A DNA stretch of 61,712 nt, counting the filler. It is 10 parts of 10 records of this genome, joined end to end, with 100 filler letters (N's around TTAATTAATTAA, not from the genome) between each part and the next. Parts side by side here need not be neighbours in the genome. Positions count along the whole stretch, not along the records: positions 48,827 to 54,781 come from SRR31147125_40794; positions 54,882 to 61,712 come from SRR31147125_40927; 8 more parts are not named here. The stretch is one strand, 5' to 3'. The notes under the pieces were generated by a model, which saw only the letters and a list, made by a program, of their open reading frames with translations, made no database searches and was not told the origin of the DNA. The position numbers and the translations under genes were made by a program. This document shows positions 52,345 through 61,712 of this stretch, one piece after another (positions within the stretch are counted from its first letter, which is position 1; each line of letters opens with the position of its first letter).

Positions 52345-52749
52345 CTAAATCTTTTTCGTCGTTTCGAAAATTTTACTGATTTTTCCGATCGATTCATCGA
52401 CTTTTAGACGCAGATAGCCCAACGAGACGTCGTTTCCGAAAATGGTCACCAACAAGAAATCGTCCATTACCTTGCTAAAGTGAATGTTCTCGCTTTTTCC
52501 TTTGTGGAAAAGAAGTGCGAAATCATCTTCTCCGATGATGGCCGCCATGGCACAGACCGCTCCAAAATTTCCTGCCGCCAGAGCGGCAAGCGAATAGACG
52601 TCATGACCTACCTGGCCATTATCAAGATTGGCGATGATGTTACCGGCCATGTCTATGAGAATGACACACTTCAGACCAAGGTCCATCAAGTCCTTTTGCA
52701 AGACCTCTTCGATACCATCCAACTGCTCTTGATCGAGTATATAGGACAA
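52345..52749 (-). CDS. mglB: MglB roadblock/LC7 protein
   Basis: LIDMAG, SLAALAAGNFGA, LFHKGK..NIH, SLGYLR; directly upstream of mglA. Confidence 0.9.
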   Translation of the reverse strand: MSYILDQEQLDGIEEVLQKDLMDLGLKCVILIDMAGNIIANLDNGQVGHDVYSLAALAAGNFGAVCAMAAIIGEDDFALLFHKGKSENIHFSKVMDDFLLVTIFGNDVSLGYLRLKVDESIGKISKIFETTKKI

Positions 52750-53283
52750 TGATCTTCCTCCTTTAGGGATATGTTAACTTTATAAGCCGATCGCAGATTC
52801 CCGGCATACTCACTATTGGTAACATAAAAATGTTATAATGCTGAAACAACAGACGCCGCCGAGCGAATAATTTACAAGAGCAGCCAGCTTGTCTCTATTT
52901 GTCATTTTGCGCCTGGAGAACAGAATACCCTTTTAGTTCAACGAAGTATAAAGAATTGAGGCATTTGTGTCAAATAAAAAGAGATATCAGGATCTCTTGC
53001 GCTATTGGTTAAGTTTGTCAGACACTATACTTGATTTTCTGTGCAAGTGTGCGATATAGAAGAATATATGGTTTCCTTTATGTTTGTGGTGAATTTTGGC
53101 CTTTTGCACACGTATGTGCTTGTAAATAGGGTTAACGGTTAAAATTGTTGTTTAAGAGGACCTGAAGATAATTAGACCAGAGAAATGGCGGTATATCAAT
53201 CGCTATAAAATAGATGTTGGCTTCAAATCAAATTTGCGACTGGCGACTCAATGCACCATTTAAGGGAGAAAAGGAGCAGCAGC

Positions 53284-53877
53284 ATGGCCTATTCAGCCAA
53301 CCAGGTCGAAAAACACACGCTTTTTATGAGACTGGCCGTGTCAGTTTATAAGATGGATGATGAACAGTTGCACCTGTTGCTCGAGACCCTGGATCCAAAC
53401 CCGGTCCCGGACCACCCCACCTCAGAGCCTTCCGGAACTGATATGTCCTCACAAAAGAGCGCGGCCATCAAACGGCAGATGGTGCTGGCCAGGATCTTTG
53501 TGTTGATCAACCAACTGGATAGAGACACGATTTTAGATCGGTTGAAAGCGCTGGAAGACCCTGCATACAATTGGGTGAGAGTTTATCCCCGGTTGGCATG
53601 TTATTTGTTGGTCGATTTTGCTGCACAAGGCAAGGCATATCGTAGCTATATCCGCGATATTAGTGCTAACGGGGTCTTTATCGAAACCACTGAAAGCTTT
53701 GATGAGGGGCAGGTTGTGGCCTTGTGTTTCACCCTCTCCGAATCCAATGAGACTTTGCCCTTTAAGGTGCGTGGGCGCGTTACCCAGACCTACCCGGATG
53801 GGATCGGTGTCCAATATGAGAAAATGACCTACTACCAGCGAGAAATCCTGGACACCCTGATCAACAAGATCTATTGA
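53284..53877 (+). CDS. PilZ domain protein
   Basis: RVYPR and DISANG c-di-GMP-binding motifs; start set at ATG 53284 after AAGGAG. Confidence 0.85.
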   Translation: MAYSANQVEKHTLFMRLAVSVYKMDDEQLHLLLETLDPNPVPDHPTSEPSGTDMSSQKSAAIKRQMVLARIFVLINQLDRDTILDRLKALEDPAYNWVRVYPRLACYLLVDFAAQGKAYRSYIRDISANGVFIETTESFDEGQVVALCFTLSESNETLPFKVRGRVTQTYPDGIGVQYEKMTYYQREILDTLINKIY

Positions 53878-54781
53878 GCAGCCTGCTGTGACTGATGGGG
53901 CAATTTGTTAATGATCGCAGTGGCATCGGATAGTGCTTTGCTGGTAGAAGGCAGCTCGGACAGCGGCATCATCTGCGAAATCATCTTATCGACGAGCATA
54001 TCAAAATCGATGCTGCCCAATTCCGTGGATTGCACGGTTAGATACTTCTCGGCCACCAGCTTTATGATCCTGCCTGCATTGTTGTCCCGCTGATCCTTTG
54101 CCATATTGGTGATTAAAAGCGGCCGGATAGTGCTGATGGCACTTGAAAGCTGGTTCGCTGTTTTTGCACCGTGAGATTTGCGAACGGCCTGCTGCAGGTC
54201 TCGGAAAGTCCTCATCTGATCCTCATTTTTTGGATCCATGGCTGTTTTAATGATCTCCTGCAGGGATGCTTTTTGATGAGTCGACCGGCTCAGTTTGCGA
54301 TAAACGGCATTGCGTACAAAGGCATAGGCGTTTTGGATGGAGATGGGTTGCGGGGTTAGAACGACGATGGGATAGTCGGCAACTAGAAAGAAATCAAGTA
54401 CATTGTATGATGTTCCGGCCCCCAGATCCAAGATAACATGGTCTGCCGCAAGATGGGTGATGCTTTGTAATATCTTCGTTTTCTGGGCATATTGGGGATT
54501 GGCAAGAGAGAGGATCTCACTGGCGCCACAAACCAGTTCCAGATGTCTTACCTGGCTTTGGATACAGATATCTTCTATGCGATTGTATTTTCGGGTTACG
54601 AAATCATTGAGGGTCCGCACGGGGGTTTTGATGCCGAGCAGGGTATGCAAGTTTGCGCCACCCAAATCGGTGTCCACAAGCACGGTTTTCTGGTTGCTTT
54701 TGGCCAGAGCCATGGCCAACAAAACACTGACCACGCTTTTGCCGACTCCGCCTTTTCCGCCGCCGATGGCCCATATGGTGG
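53871..54781 (-). CDS. MinD/FlhG-family P-loop ATPase; 5' truncated
   Basis: Frame extends to the contig edge through TIWAIGGGKGGVGKS; DTDLGGANLHT, LDLGAG, SIQNAY. Confidence 0.88.
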
Positions 54782-54925
54782 NNNNNNNNNNNNNNNNNNN
54801 NNNNNNNNNNNNNNNNNNNNNNNNNTTAATTAATTAANNNNNNNNNNNNNNNNNNNNNNNNNNNNNNNNNNNNNNNNNNNNATCAATCTATTTTCAATCT
54901 CTTATCAATCTTAAAACAAATAAAT

Positions 54926-56434
54926 ATGAAAAACAAAATCATAGCAACACTAATAACAGGACTACTATTCATAGCTTCTGTCTCGGCCAAAGAATTTAAC
55001 ATCCTCGATTTTGGGGCTAAATCTTCAAAAAAGGAATATACGGCTCACATCAATACCAAAGCCATTCAGGCAGCTATCGATGCTGCATCAAAATCAGGTA
55101 AAGGCGATACGGTACTCATTCCAAAAGGCGTTTACGAAACAGGAACGCTTTTTCTGAAAAGTAATATTACCATAAAAATGGAGCCGCTGGCATGGATTTT
55201 TGGTAGTTCTAAAATAGAAGATTATGCCGAAGTGCCCGTGTCGACCGAAGAGCCACAGTTTACAAAAACATTGTTTTTTGTTGATGGAGCCGAAAACATA
55301 AACATAATTGGCGACATGCGTTCGGAAATTAACGGGCGTGGTTTTTTCTTTATGCATTCGCCGCAGCGCCCAAAGTTATTTCGGATTGAAAAATGTAAAA
55401 ACATTCGTTTCGAGGGCTTTCGTATTAAGTTTTCGGGTTCGTGGTGTACGGTTTTTACCGAATGCGATTCAATAAAATTGCACCGGCTTACTGTTATAAA
55501 CGATGCCAACCGAAATAATGATGGATTTGATTTCGACGGTTGTTCCAATGCCTGGGTAAGCGAATGTAACCTGCAGGTTGGCGACGATGCTATTTGCCTG
55601 AAAAGCAGCATAAATAAAGTCTGCGAAAACATAAATGTTAGCGATTGCACTATCCGAAGTTTTACAGCTGCAGTTAAGCTGGGAACATCTTCTATGTCAG
55701 GTTTCAGAAATGTTACCATTAAAAATTGCCAGTTTTTCGATTGCGTATCGGGAGGTGTAAAACTATTGTGCGTAGATGGTGCCATTCTTGAAAATATCGT
55801 GGTCGAGAATATAAAAATGTACAATTGCGGGGGACCATTATTTCTTCGTTTGGGCAATCGTGGTCGCGACTATACAAAATCAATCCGCCAGGTTTACGGC
55901 AAAAATGTTAAGCCCGAAGGACGACCTGTTGGGCAGCTAAAAAACATTACTTTCAGAAATATTGAAGGCCGTTTAATGGGACGGCACGACTCCACTGAAT
56001 GCATTTTCTTCACAGGCATTCCCGGGCACTACATTGAAAATGTTACGCTTGAAAATATTCACTATTCATACTCAGGCCATGGCGATTTAAATTTGAAAGA
56101 CCGTGTGGTTCCCGAAGATGAAGCACGTTACCCGGAACAAGCATTTTTTGGTCCGCTGCCATCGTACGGAATGTATTTACGGCACATAAAAGGGCTAAAA
56201 GTAAAAAATGTAAGTATGACTTTGCGCGGCCACGATAACCGTCCTGCAATTATACTCGACGATGTTCATGATAGCTCGTTCGAAAAAGTAAACTTCGACA
56301 TTAAGTCTGATGCTGGTTCTGGTGTAATTGTAAAAAATAGCAGCAACATTCGGTTCAATAATTTGGAAGAGAATGGTGAGGTCAAACAGCTAGTGATTAC
56401 TGATGATAATTCAAAAAATATTCAATTGAAATAG
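54926..56434 (+). CDS. Glycoside hydrolase family 28-like beta-helix protein
   Basis: NILDFGA, NTKAIQAAID, NNDGFD, GDDAICLKS, VKLGT. Confidence 0.85.
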   Translation: MKNKIIATLITGLLFIASVSAKEFNILDFGAKSSKKEYTAHINTKAIQAAIDAASKSGKGDTVLIPKGVYETGTLFLKSNITIKMEPLAWIFGSSKIEDYAEVPVSTEEPQFTKTLFFVDGAENINIIGDMRSEINGRGFFFMHSPQRPKLFRIEKCKNIRFEGFRIKFSGSWCTVFTECDSIKLHRLTVINDANRNNDGFDFDGCSNAWVSECNLQVGDDAICLKSSINKVCENINVSDCTIRSFTAAVKLGTSSMSGFRNVTIKNCQFFDCVSGGVKLLCVDGAILENIVVENIKMYNCGGPLFLRLGNRGRDYTKSIRQVYGKNVKPEGRPVGQLKNITFRNIEGRLMGRHDSTECIFFTGIPGHYIENVTLENIHYSYSGHGDLNLKDRVVPEDEARYPEQAFFGPLPSYGMYLRHIKGLKVKNVSMTLRGHDNRPAIILDDVHDSSFEKVNFDIKSDAGSGVIVKNSSNIRFNNLEENGEVKQLVITDDNSKNIQLK

Positions 56435-56443
56435 AATAATACG

Positions 56444-58906
56444 ATGAGAAAAATAATTATAAAAATAAGCTTGTTTGGCTGTGTTCTAATTCTGGCTGCC
56501 TGCTCAAATCCATCAGAAAAAGAACAAGGCAATACAAAACAAAACTTCGATTTTGGTTGGAAGTTTATAGCCGAAGAAGTTGCCAATTGCGAAGCACCTG
56601 ATTTCGACGATTCGGCATGGCGCAATGTAGATTTACCCCACGACTGGAGTATTGAGGGAGAATTTAGCAAAGACCACAAATCGTTTTCACGCGGTGGCTG
56701 GGTACAAACCGGCAAAGTAAGCTACCGCAAAACGTTCACGGTTCCTGCCAATCAAAAAGACAAACGTTTTATCATTTATTTCGATGGGGCTTACCGCAAT
56801 TCCGAGGTGTTTATAAACGGTCATTCACTTGGCTTTCGTCCGCTGGGTTATATTGCTTTTCATTACGATATGACCGAACATATCAATTTTGAAGAAGAGA
56901 ATGTGCTTACAGTAAAACTCGACAATTCGAGCCAGCCGGGTTCGCGCTGGTACACCGGAACAGGGATTTACCGCCATGTGCATTTAATTACCACCGACAA
57001 ATTATACGTGCCGGTTTGGGGCAATTATATTGTTGCCGATAATTATACAAGCCAAATGGCTAACATAAAAGTTCAAACTTCGGTACAAAACGACTATGAT
57101 AAAAAGAAGCAGGTTACCATTCGCCAAACTGCCTTTTCGCCACACGGTTTACAAGTTGCAACCGTAAGCAAAGAGCTAACAGTTGAGGCAGGTTCTGAAA
57201 TAAAAACAGAATTGGTGCTGGAGGTGCCAAAACCAGATATTTGGAGCCAGGAGCAACCAAATTTGTATTCCATAAAAACTGAAATACTAAGTGGTAACAA
57301 AGTCGTTTATTCTGAAAAAAATAAAACAGGTATTCGCACTTTGGAATTTGATAACCATGTTGGTTTTAAACTAAACGGAAAAGTAACCAAGCTAAAGGGT
57401 GTTTGTTTGCACCACGCGGGAGGCCCTCTTGGTGCTGCCATTCACAGAAGAACCACTGAAAGGCAATTGGAAAAACTACGAAAAATGGGCTGTAATGCCG
57501 TGCGTACTGCTCATAATCCTTTCTCTGAAGAATTTTTGGATGTTTGCGACAGTATGGGTTTTCTGGTAATGAACGAAGCATTTGATGAATGGGAATTGGT
57601 GAAAAATCCTGCTACTACTCAAAACGGCGAAAAAGTTCGAATTCCTGTAGATTTTTATGCAAAGATTTTCAAAAAATGGTCGAGCCGCGACATGACCGAT
57701 TTTGTGTTGCGCGACCGTAACCATCCGTCGGTAATTATGTGGAGTATTGGTAACGAAATCGACCAAATGCGTCGTCCTGAGGGAGAGCCTATTGGAAAAC
57801 GTCTTTCAGCAATTGTACATGAGTTAGACTATCGCCCAACAACCAACGGTAACCACGGTTATGGTTGGGGTGTATGGCCCGACCCCGAAGCTGCAAAAAC
57901 CAGCGACGTGTACGGTTATAACTACATAAAAGATGATGGTTTTGATAAAGAACACAAAATGAATCCTGATGTAAAAGCCGTTGTAACTGAACACGAATCG
58001 GCACAAAGTTTTTACCCGCGTGCAACATACTTGTACGGAGAAGCGAAAAAAGCCTGGTGGGATAAACTTGGGTATGAACATAAGGATGCTGAAGAGTGGG
58101 TAGAAAAGCGAGATATACGTGGAGAAAGCGGTATGAATGCCTGGAAATGGGTAAATGAACGCGATTACGTTGCAGGAATGTTTATCTGGACAGGTTGGGA
58201 CTACTTAGGCGAAGTGATTCCTTTTGGTTGGCCGGCACGTTCGTCGAGTTTTGCGCCAATCGATTTGGCAGGTTTCCCAAAAGACGGCTACTATTTTTAC
58301 CAAAGCCAGTGGACAAACAAACCAATGGTTCACATTTTTCCGCATTGGAATTTAAAAGGAATGGAGGGCAAAAAAGTTACAGTTTACGGTTTTACCAATG
58401 GCGACGAGGTTGAGCTTTTTCAGGATGGGAAGTCGCTGGGTAAAAAAGCTAACGATGTAGTTGCCGATAATTACCAAAGCTGGAATGTGATTTATAAACC
58501 GGGTGAATTAAAGGCCGTTTCGTACAAAAACGGGAAAGTAATTGCTGAAAAAACTGTGCGTACGGCTGGCGAACCTGCAAAAATTAAAGTGGAAACCCGC
58601 CGAACAGAAATGAAAGCCAATGGTCAGGATTTGATTTATGTGGAATGTACAATTCTGGATAAAGACGGTAACGAAGTACCTACAGCCAACAACCTCCTAA
58701 AATTTGATATTGAGGGACCGGCTAAAGTTGCAGGAGTTGGCAATGGCGATAATATGGGACTTGAGCCTTTTAAAGCCAATCAACGCACTGCCTTTAATGG
58801 CAAATGTTTGGCCATTTTACAATCTACCCGTAAACCGGGTTCCATAAAATTAGTTGTGAATTCTGATGGTTTGGAGTCGGCAACTATTAATTTGAAAGCT
58901 GAATAA
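56444..58906 (+). CDS. Glycoside hydrolase family 2 lipoprotein
   Basis: Lipobox LAAC; LPHDWSIE, SRWYTGTGIYR, RTAHNP, RDRNHPSVIMWSIGNE, WTGWDYLGE. Confidence 0.92.
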   Translation: MRKIIIKISLFGCVLILAACSNPSEKEQGNTKQNFDFGWKFIAEEVANCEAPDFDDSAWRNVDLPHDWSIEGEFSKDHKSFSRGGWVQTGKVSYRKTFTVPANQKDKRFIIYFDGAYRNSEVFINGHSLGFRPLGYIAFHYDMTEHINFEEENVLTVKLDNSSQPGSRWYTGTGIYRHVHLITTDKLYVPVWGNYIVADNYTSQMANIKVQTSVQNDYDKKKQVTIRQTAFSPHGLQVATVSKELTVEAGSEIKTELVLEVPKPDIWSQEQPNLYSIKTEILSGNKVVYSEKNKTGIRTLEFDNHVGFKLNGKVTKLKGVCLHHAGGPLGAAIHRRTTERQLEKLRKMGCNAVRTAHNPFSEEFLDVCDSMGFLVMNEAFDEWELVKNPATTQNGEKVRIPVDFYAKIFKKWSSRDMTDFVLRDRNHPSVIMWSIGNEIDQMRRPEGEPIGKRLSAIVHELDYRPTTNGNHGYGWGVWPDPEAAKTSDVYGYNYIKDDGFDKEHKMNPDVKAVVTEHESAQSFYPRATYLYGEAKKAWWDKLGYEHKDAEEWVEKRDIRGESGMNAWKWVNERDYVAGMFIWTGWDYLGEVIPFGWPARSSSFAPIDLAGFPKDGYYFYQSQWTNKPMVHIFPHWNLKGMEGKKVTVYGFTNGDEVELFQDGKSLGKKANDVVADNYQSWNVIYKPGELKAVSYKNGKVIAEKTVRTAGEPAKIKVETRRTEMKANGQDLIYVECTILDKDGNEVPTANNLLKFDIEGPAKVAGVGNGDNMGLEPFKANQRTAFNGKCLAILQSTRKPGSIKLVVNSDGLESATINLKAE

Positions 58907-59014
58907 ATAGCAATTCAAACTGAGACAATAAAAAGTCACCCTTTTAAAGCCTCATTTATCCCCTTAAAAAAAGAGCGTTATTATAATTTTGAATAAAAAA
59001 TCTAAACCAAAAAA

Positions 59015-60517
59015 ATGAAACAAAAAATTACCATCGTCATTACATTGTTGTTTATGTTAGGCCTAACACAACAAATTAGTGCACAACAAAAAGAGAAGTA
59101 CCAGCCCAACTGGAATTCTTTACAAAAACACGATACTCCGGAATGGTTAATGGATGCCAAATTCGGGATCTATTGCCACTGGGGAGCACAGTCGGTAAAA
59201 CTTGTAATGGGGCAAAACGATATGCCCGACCATGAAGCAATTGAACATTGGAAAGGTGAAAAGTTCGATGCTAAAGAATGGGTTGACTTATTTGAAAGAG
59301 CTGGGGCACAATTCGCTGGCCCCGTTGCCTGGCACGTAAACGGTTGCCTGAATTGGGATAGTAAAATTACCGATTGGAATTCGGCTAAAAAAGGACCTAA
59401 AATCGATATCTACGGAGACCTGGCTAAAGAAATCAGAAAAACAGATATGAAACTGATTGCCTCGTTTCACAGCACAACGCTCTGGGGACCAATGAGCAAG
59501 GCTGATAAAACTTATATGAAACCCGGAGCAGATTATGGAAAAAGAGGGAACACACCAAAGGTTCATGGCCCCGAGGGACGTTACACCAAGGAATACCTGA
59601 ATGGCTGGTTAGACCGCATGAAAGAGGGCTATGAACTGCATAAACCCGATATGGTTTGGGTAGATGTAGGTTTTGGCGGAACGGTTGGCCTTGAACTTAA
59701 AAAACAATTGGTTGAGGGAAAGATTGTTGAATCGGAGAATGAGTTTTTTGTAAACGGTATTCCTGAAAGTATTCAACAAGACTATTTGAGCAGCTACTTT
59801 AACGCCGCACAAGATTGGGGCAAAGAAGTGGAGTTTATCTACAAAAGTTTCGATATTCCTCCGGGTGTAGCCATGCGCGACATTGAAAATGGGAACCTCG
59901 ATGGTTTGCAATTCGACCCTTGGATGGCTGACATTAATATGCAGCAGCACGTTGCGTGGCCAACCGTGTGGTTTTATAATCCGAAAAACTATGTAAAAGA
60001 TGCCAATATTTTGGTTGACATGCTGGCCGATATTACATCAAAAAATGGTCGGATTTTGTTAAACGTTCCTCCCAAAGCGGATGGCTCTTTTGCTGAAAAT
60101 GTAAAAGAAGAATTGTATAAAATTGGCGACTGGCTAAAACTAAACGGCGAGGCTATTTACGGAACAACTCCATGGACAATTTACGGCGAAGGACCTGCCT
60201 ATGTTAAAAATGCCGGTCACCACGGACAAGGAAAAAACAAAGGAACAGAAATTCCGAAATACACATCGAAAGATATTCGTTTTACACAAAAGCCGGGCGT
60301 AATTTATGCCATCGTTTTAGATTGGCCGGAAGATGAATTGGAAATTAAAGCCTTTGGAACTGACGGAAAATTGTATCCGGGCGAAATAAAAAGCATTAGC
60401 CTAATCGGAAGCAAAACCAAGTTGAAGTGGAAACAAAACGCACAAAGTTTGACAATTAAGTTTCCAGCAGAAAAGCCTTGCGATTTTGCGTATGTTTTAA
60501 AAGTGGAGCGGAATTAG
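59015..60517 (+). CDS. Glycoside hydrolase family 29 (alpha-L-fucosidase-like)
   Basis: PEWLMDAKFGIYCHWG, FDAKEW..LF..AGA, MVWVD, SKNGRILLNVPPKADG, NGEAIYGTTPW. Confidence 0.85.
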   Translation: MKQKITIVITLLFMLGLTQQISAQQKEKYQPNWNSLQKHDTPEWLMDAKFGIYCHWGAQSVKLVMGQNDMPDHEAIEHWKGEKFDAKEWVDLFERAGAQFAGPVAWHVNGCLNWDSKITDWNSAKKGPKIDIYGDLAKEIRKTDMKLIASFHSTTLWGPMSKADKTYMKPGADYGKRGNTPKVHGPEGRYTKEYLNGWLDRMKEGYELHKPDMVWVDVGFGGTVGLELKKQLVEGKIVESENEFFVNGIPESIQQDYLSSYFNAAQDWGKEVEFIYKSFDIPPGVAMRDIENGNLDGLQFDPWMADINMQQHVAWPTVWFYNPKNYVKDANILVDMLADITSKNGRILLNVPPKADGSFAENVKEELYKIGDWLKLNGEAIYGTTPWTIYGEGPAYVKNAGHHGQGKNKGTEIPKYTSKDIRFTQKPGVIYAIVLDWPEDELEIKAFGTDGKLYPGEIKSISLIGSKTKLKWKQNAQSLTIKFPAEKPCDFAYVLKVERN

Positions 60518-60523
60518 AGTTAA

Positions 60524-60573
60524 GTAGGGATGGCATCCATTGCTGAGGTACGAAGCTGGATGCTATCCTTTAC
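60524..60573. repeat. GTAG-initiated long hairpin (REP-like or terminator)
   Basis: GTAGGGATGGCATCCA...TGGATGCTATCCTTTAC. Confidence 0.6.
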
Positions 60574-60620
60574 CATTTCCAAGGAACAAATGTAAAATGA
60601 ACCATATTGATTTTTAGTTT

Positions 60621-60788
60621 TTATAACACCGTCGCCATGCGACTCTGGGGCAGCCAACAATATTTAGGCTACCATAACATCGAGCCTCTGGCTCTTTATT
60701 CTGAATTATTCGAAGTCGCAAAGCGACGATGTTATGGTAGACATGAATTGTTCCGTAAAACAAAAATAGCTTAGCGATGGTGTTATGG
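60621..60788. repeat. Nested inverted-repeat element (REP/BIME-like)
   Basis: Perfect inner pair CTACCATAACATCG (60669-60682) / CGATGTTATGGTAG (60727-60740); outer pair ATAACACCGTCGC (60623-60635) / GCGATGGTGTTAT (60774-60786). Confidence 0.75.
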
Positions 60789-60822
60789 TCAGAAAAGGAA
60801 TAAAATATAAACGATTTTAAAT

Positions 60823-61712
60823 ATGAAACACCTAATTTCAATACTATTAATCGCATTTTTATTTGCGTGTAACACCAAACAAACAAAAGAAACCTGTTGC
60901 GAAACGAAAGCCGAAAGATACGAAGCCAACTGGTCTTCGCTACGCAAACACAATACGCCCGAATGGCTCGATGGAATGAAATTCGGAATTTATTGCCATT
61001 GGGGATGGTCGAGCGCCCAAATAGAGTCGGGCGATAAAGAGTTAAGCCGGCTGGAATCCATTAAACGCTGGAAAGGTGAACAATTCGATGCCAAAGAATG
61101 GGTGGATTTGTTTCAGGCGGCAGGTGCACAATTTGGTGGCCCGGTTGCCTGGCATGGTTGTGGTTTATTGCACTGGGACAGCGAAGTTACCGAATGGAAT
61201 TCTGTAAATCACGGCCCCAAAGTTGATATTTATGGAGAACTAGCCAAAGAGCTTCGAAATAGAAATATGCCGGTAATTTCATCTTTTCACACGGGTGATT
61301 TCTGGAGCAGAATGTGGGGGCCTATTTCAAAAGAAAATACAACTTATTTAGACCCAACGCAGGACAATTCGAAATATGCCACCATGAACAACGGCAGAAT
61401 TGGTGACCCAATTTTTGATGCCTGGTACGCCCGAATTTCAGAAGCCGTAAACAAATATCAACCCGATATGATTTGGTTTGACACGGGTTTTGGAGGAACG
61501 GTAAAAGGCGAATTACGTGGCTGGACCGAAGGTGGCAGATTATTGCCCGATGGAAGTAATGAGTTGCCCAATGCTCCTGAAAAATATCAGCAGAAATTAA
61601 TTAGCCATTATTTCAACAAAGGATTGGAGTGGGGAAAAGAAGTGGAGGTAATTTATAAAACACACGATATACCAACTGGAATTGGTATGCGCGACATTGA
61701 AGATGGTAACCT
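60823..61712 (+). CDS. Second GH29-like lipoprotein, paralogue of 59015-60517; 3' truncated
   Basis: Not in the ORF track because it has no stop codon. Translation MKHLISILLIAFLFACNTKQ...YEANWSSLRKHNTPEWLDGMKFGIYCHWG...PDMIWFDTGFGG...GMRDIEDGN. Confidence 0.87.
   Translation, partial: MKHLISILLIAFLFACNTKQTKETCCETKAERYEANWSSLRKHNTPEWLDGMKFGIYCHWGWSSAQIESGDKELSRLESIKRWKGEQFDAKEWVDLFQAAGAQFGGPVAWHGCGLLHWDSEVTEWNSVNHGPKVDIYGELAKELRNRNMPVISSFHTGDFWSRMWGPISKENTTYLDPTQDNSKYATMNNGRIGDPIFDAWYARISEAVNKYQPDMIWFDTGFGGTVKGELRGWTEGGRLLPDGSNELPNAPEKYQQKLISHYFNKGLEWGKEVEVIYKTHDIPTGIGMRDIEDGN

Noticed and set aside
60614-60886. 90-aa minus-strand ORF between the GH29 genes
   Set aside because: It runs across the inverted-repeat element and the start of the second GH29, and has no protein-like motifs.

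Overview
This window is not one locus. It holds ten unrelated contigs of about 5-10 kb, joined by nine artificial 100-bp spacers (N-run, TTAATTAATTAA, N-run), and gene neighbourhoods only count within a contig. Taxon labels are inferred from gene content. (1) 1-7363, Bacteroidota-like: giant Ig/PKD-repeat T9SS type-B cargo protein plus a PorP/SprF partner. (2) 7464-12795, AT-rich Acholeplasma/Izemoplasma-like: MFS transporter, gpmI, FMN riboswitch with ribU, a heliorhodopsin, eno. (3) 12896-18049, clostridial: sugar-binding protein, histidine kinase, AraC response regulator, XylF-like protein. (4) 18150-23207: outer-membrane barrel, SRPBCC, DUF4097, phosphodiesterase-like protein, GT4. (5) 23308-32916, deltaproteobacterial-like: guaB, OmpA with unusual Cys/His repeats, bamB, yfgM, NSS transporter, yihY, der, partial TPP riboswitch. 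(6) 33017-38288, Bacteroidota-like: beta-propeller membrane sensor whose cytoplasmic output is an IS1595-transposase-like Zn-ribbon/HTH domain (split by a 1-nt frameshift), receiver protein, DsrE pseudogene, YceI. (7) 38389-43570: lipoprotein, REP-associated tyrosine transposase with palindromes, GH97, LamG protein. (8) 43671-48726: dTDP-3-amino-sugar locus with an embedded MaoC/CitE acyl-CoA module. (9) 48827-54781, Desulfobacterota-like: ABC transporter, mglB-mglA, PilZ, MinD/FlhG. (10) 54882-61712, Bacteroidota-like: GH28, GH2 and two divergent GH29. No CRISPR array, rRNA or tRNA was seen. The best candidates for new biology are the transposase-domain one-component sensor, the MaoC/CitE sugar-acylation module, the RAYT carrying its own palindrome in frame, the heliorhodopsin context and the OmpA Cys/His repeat.
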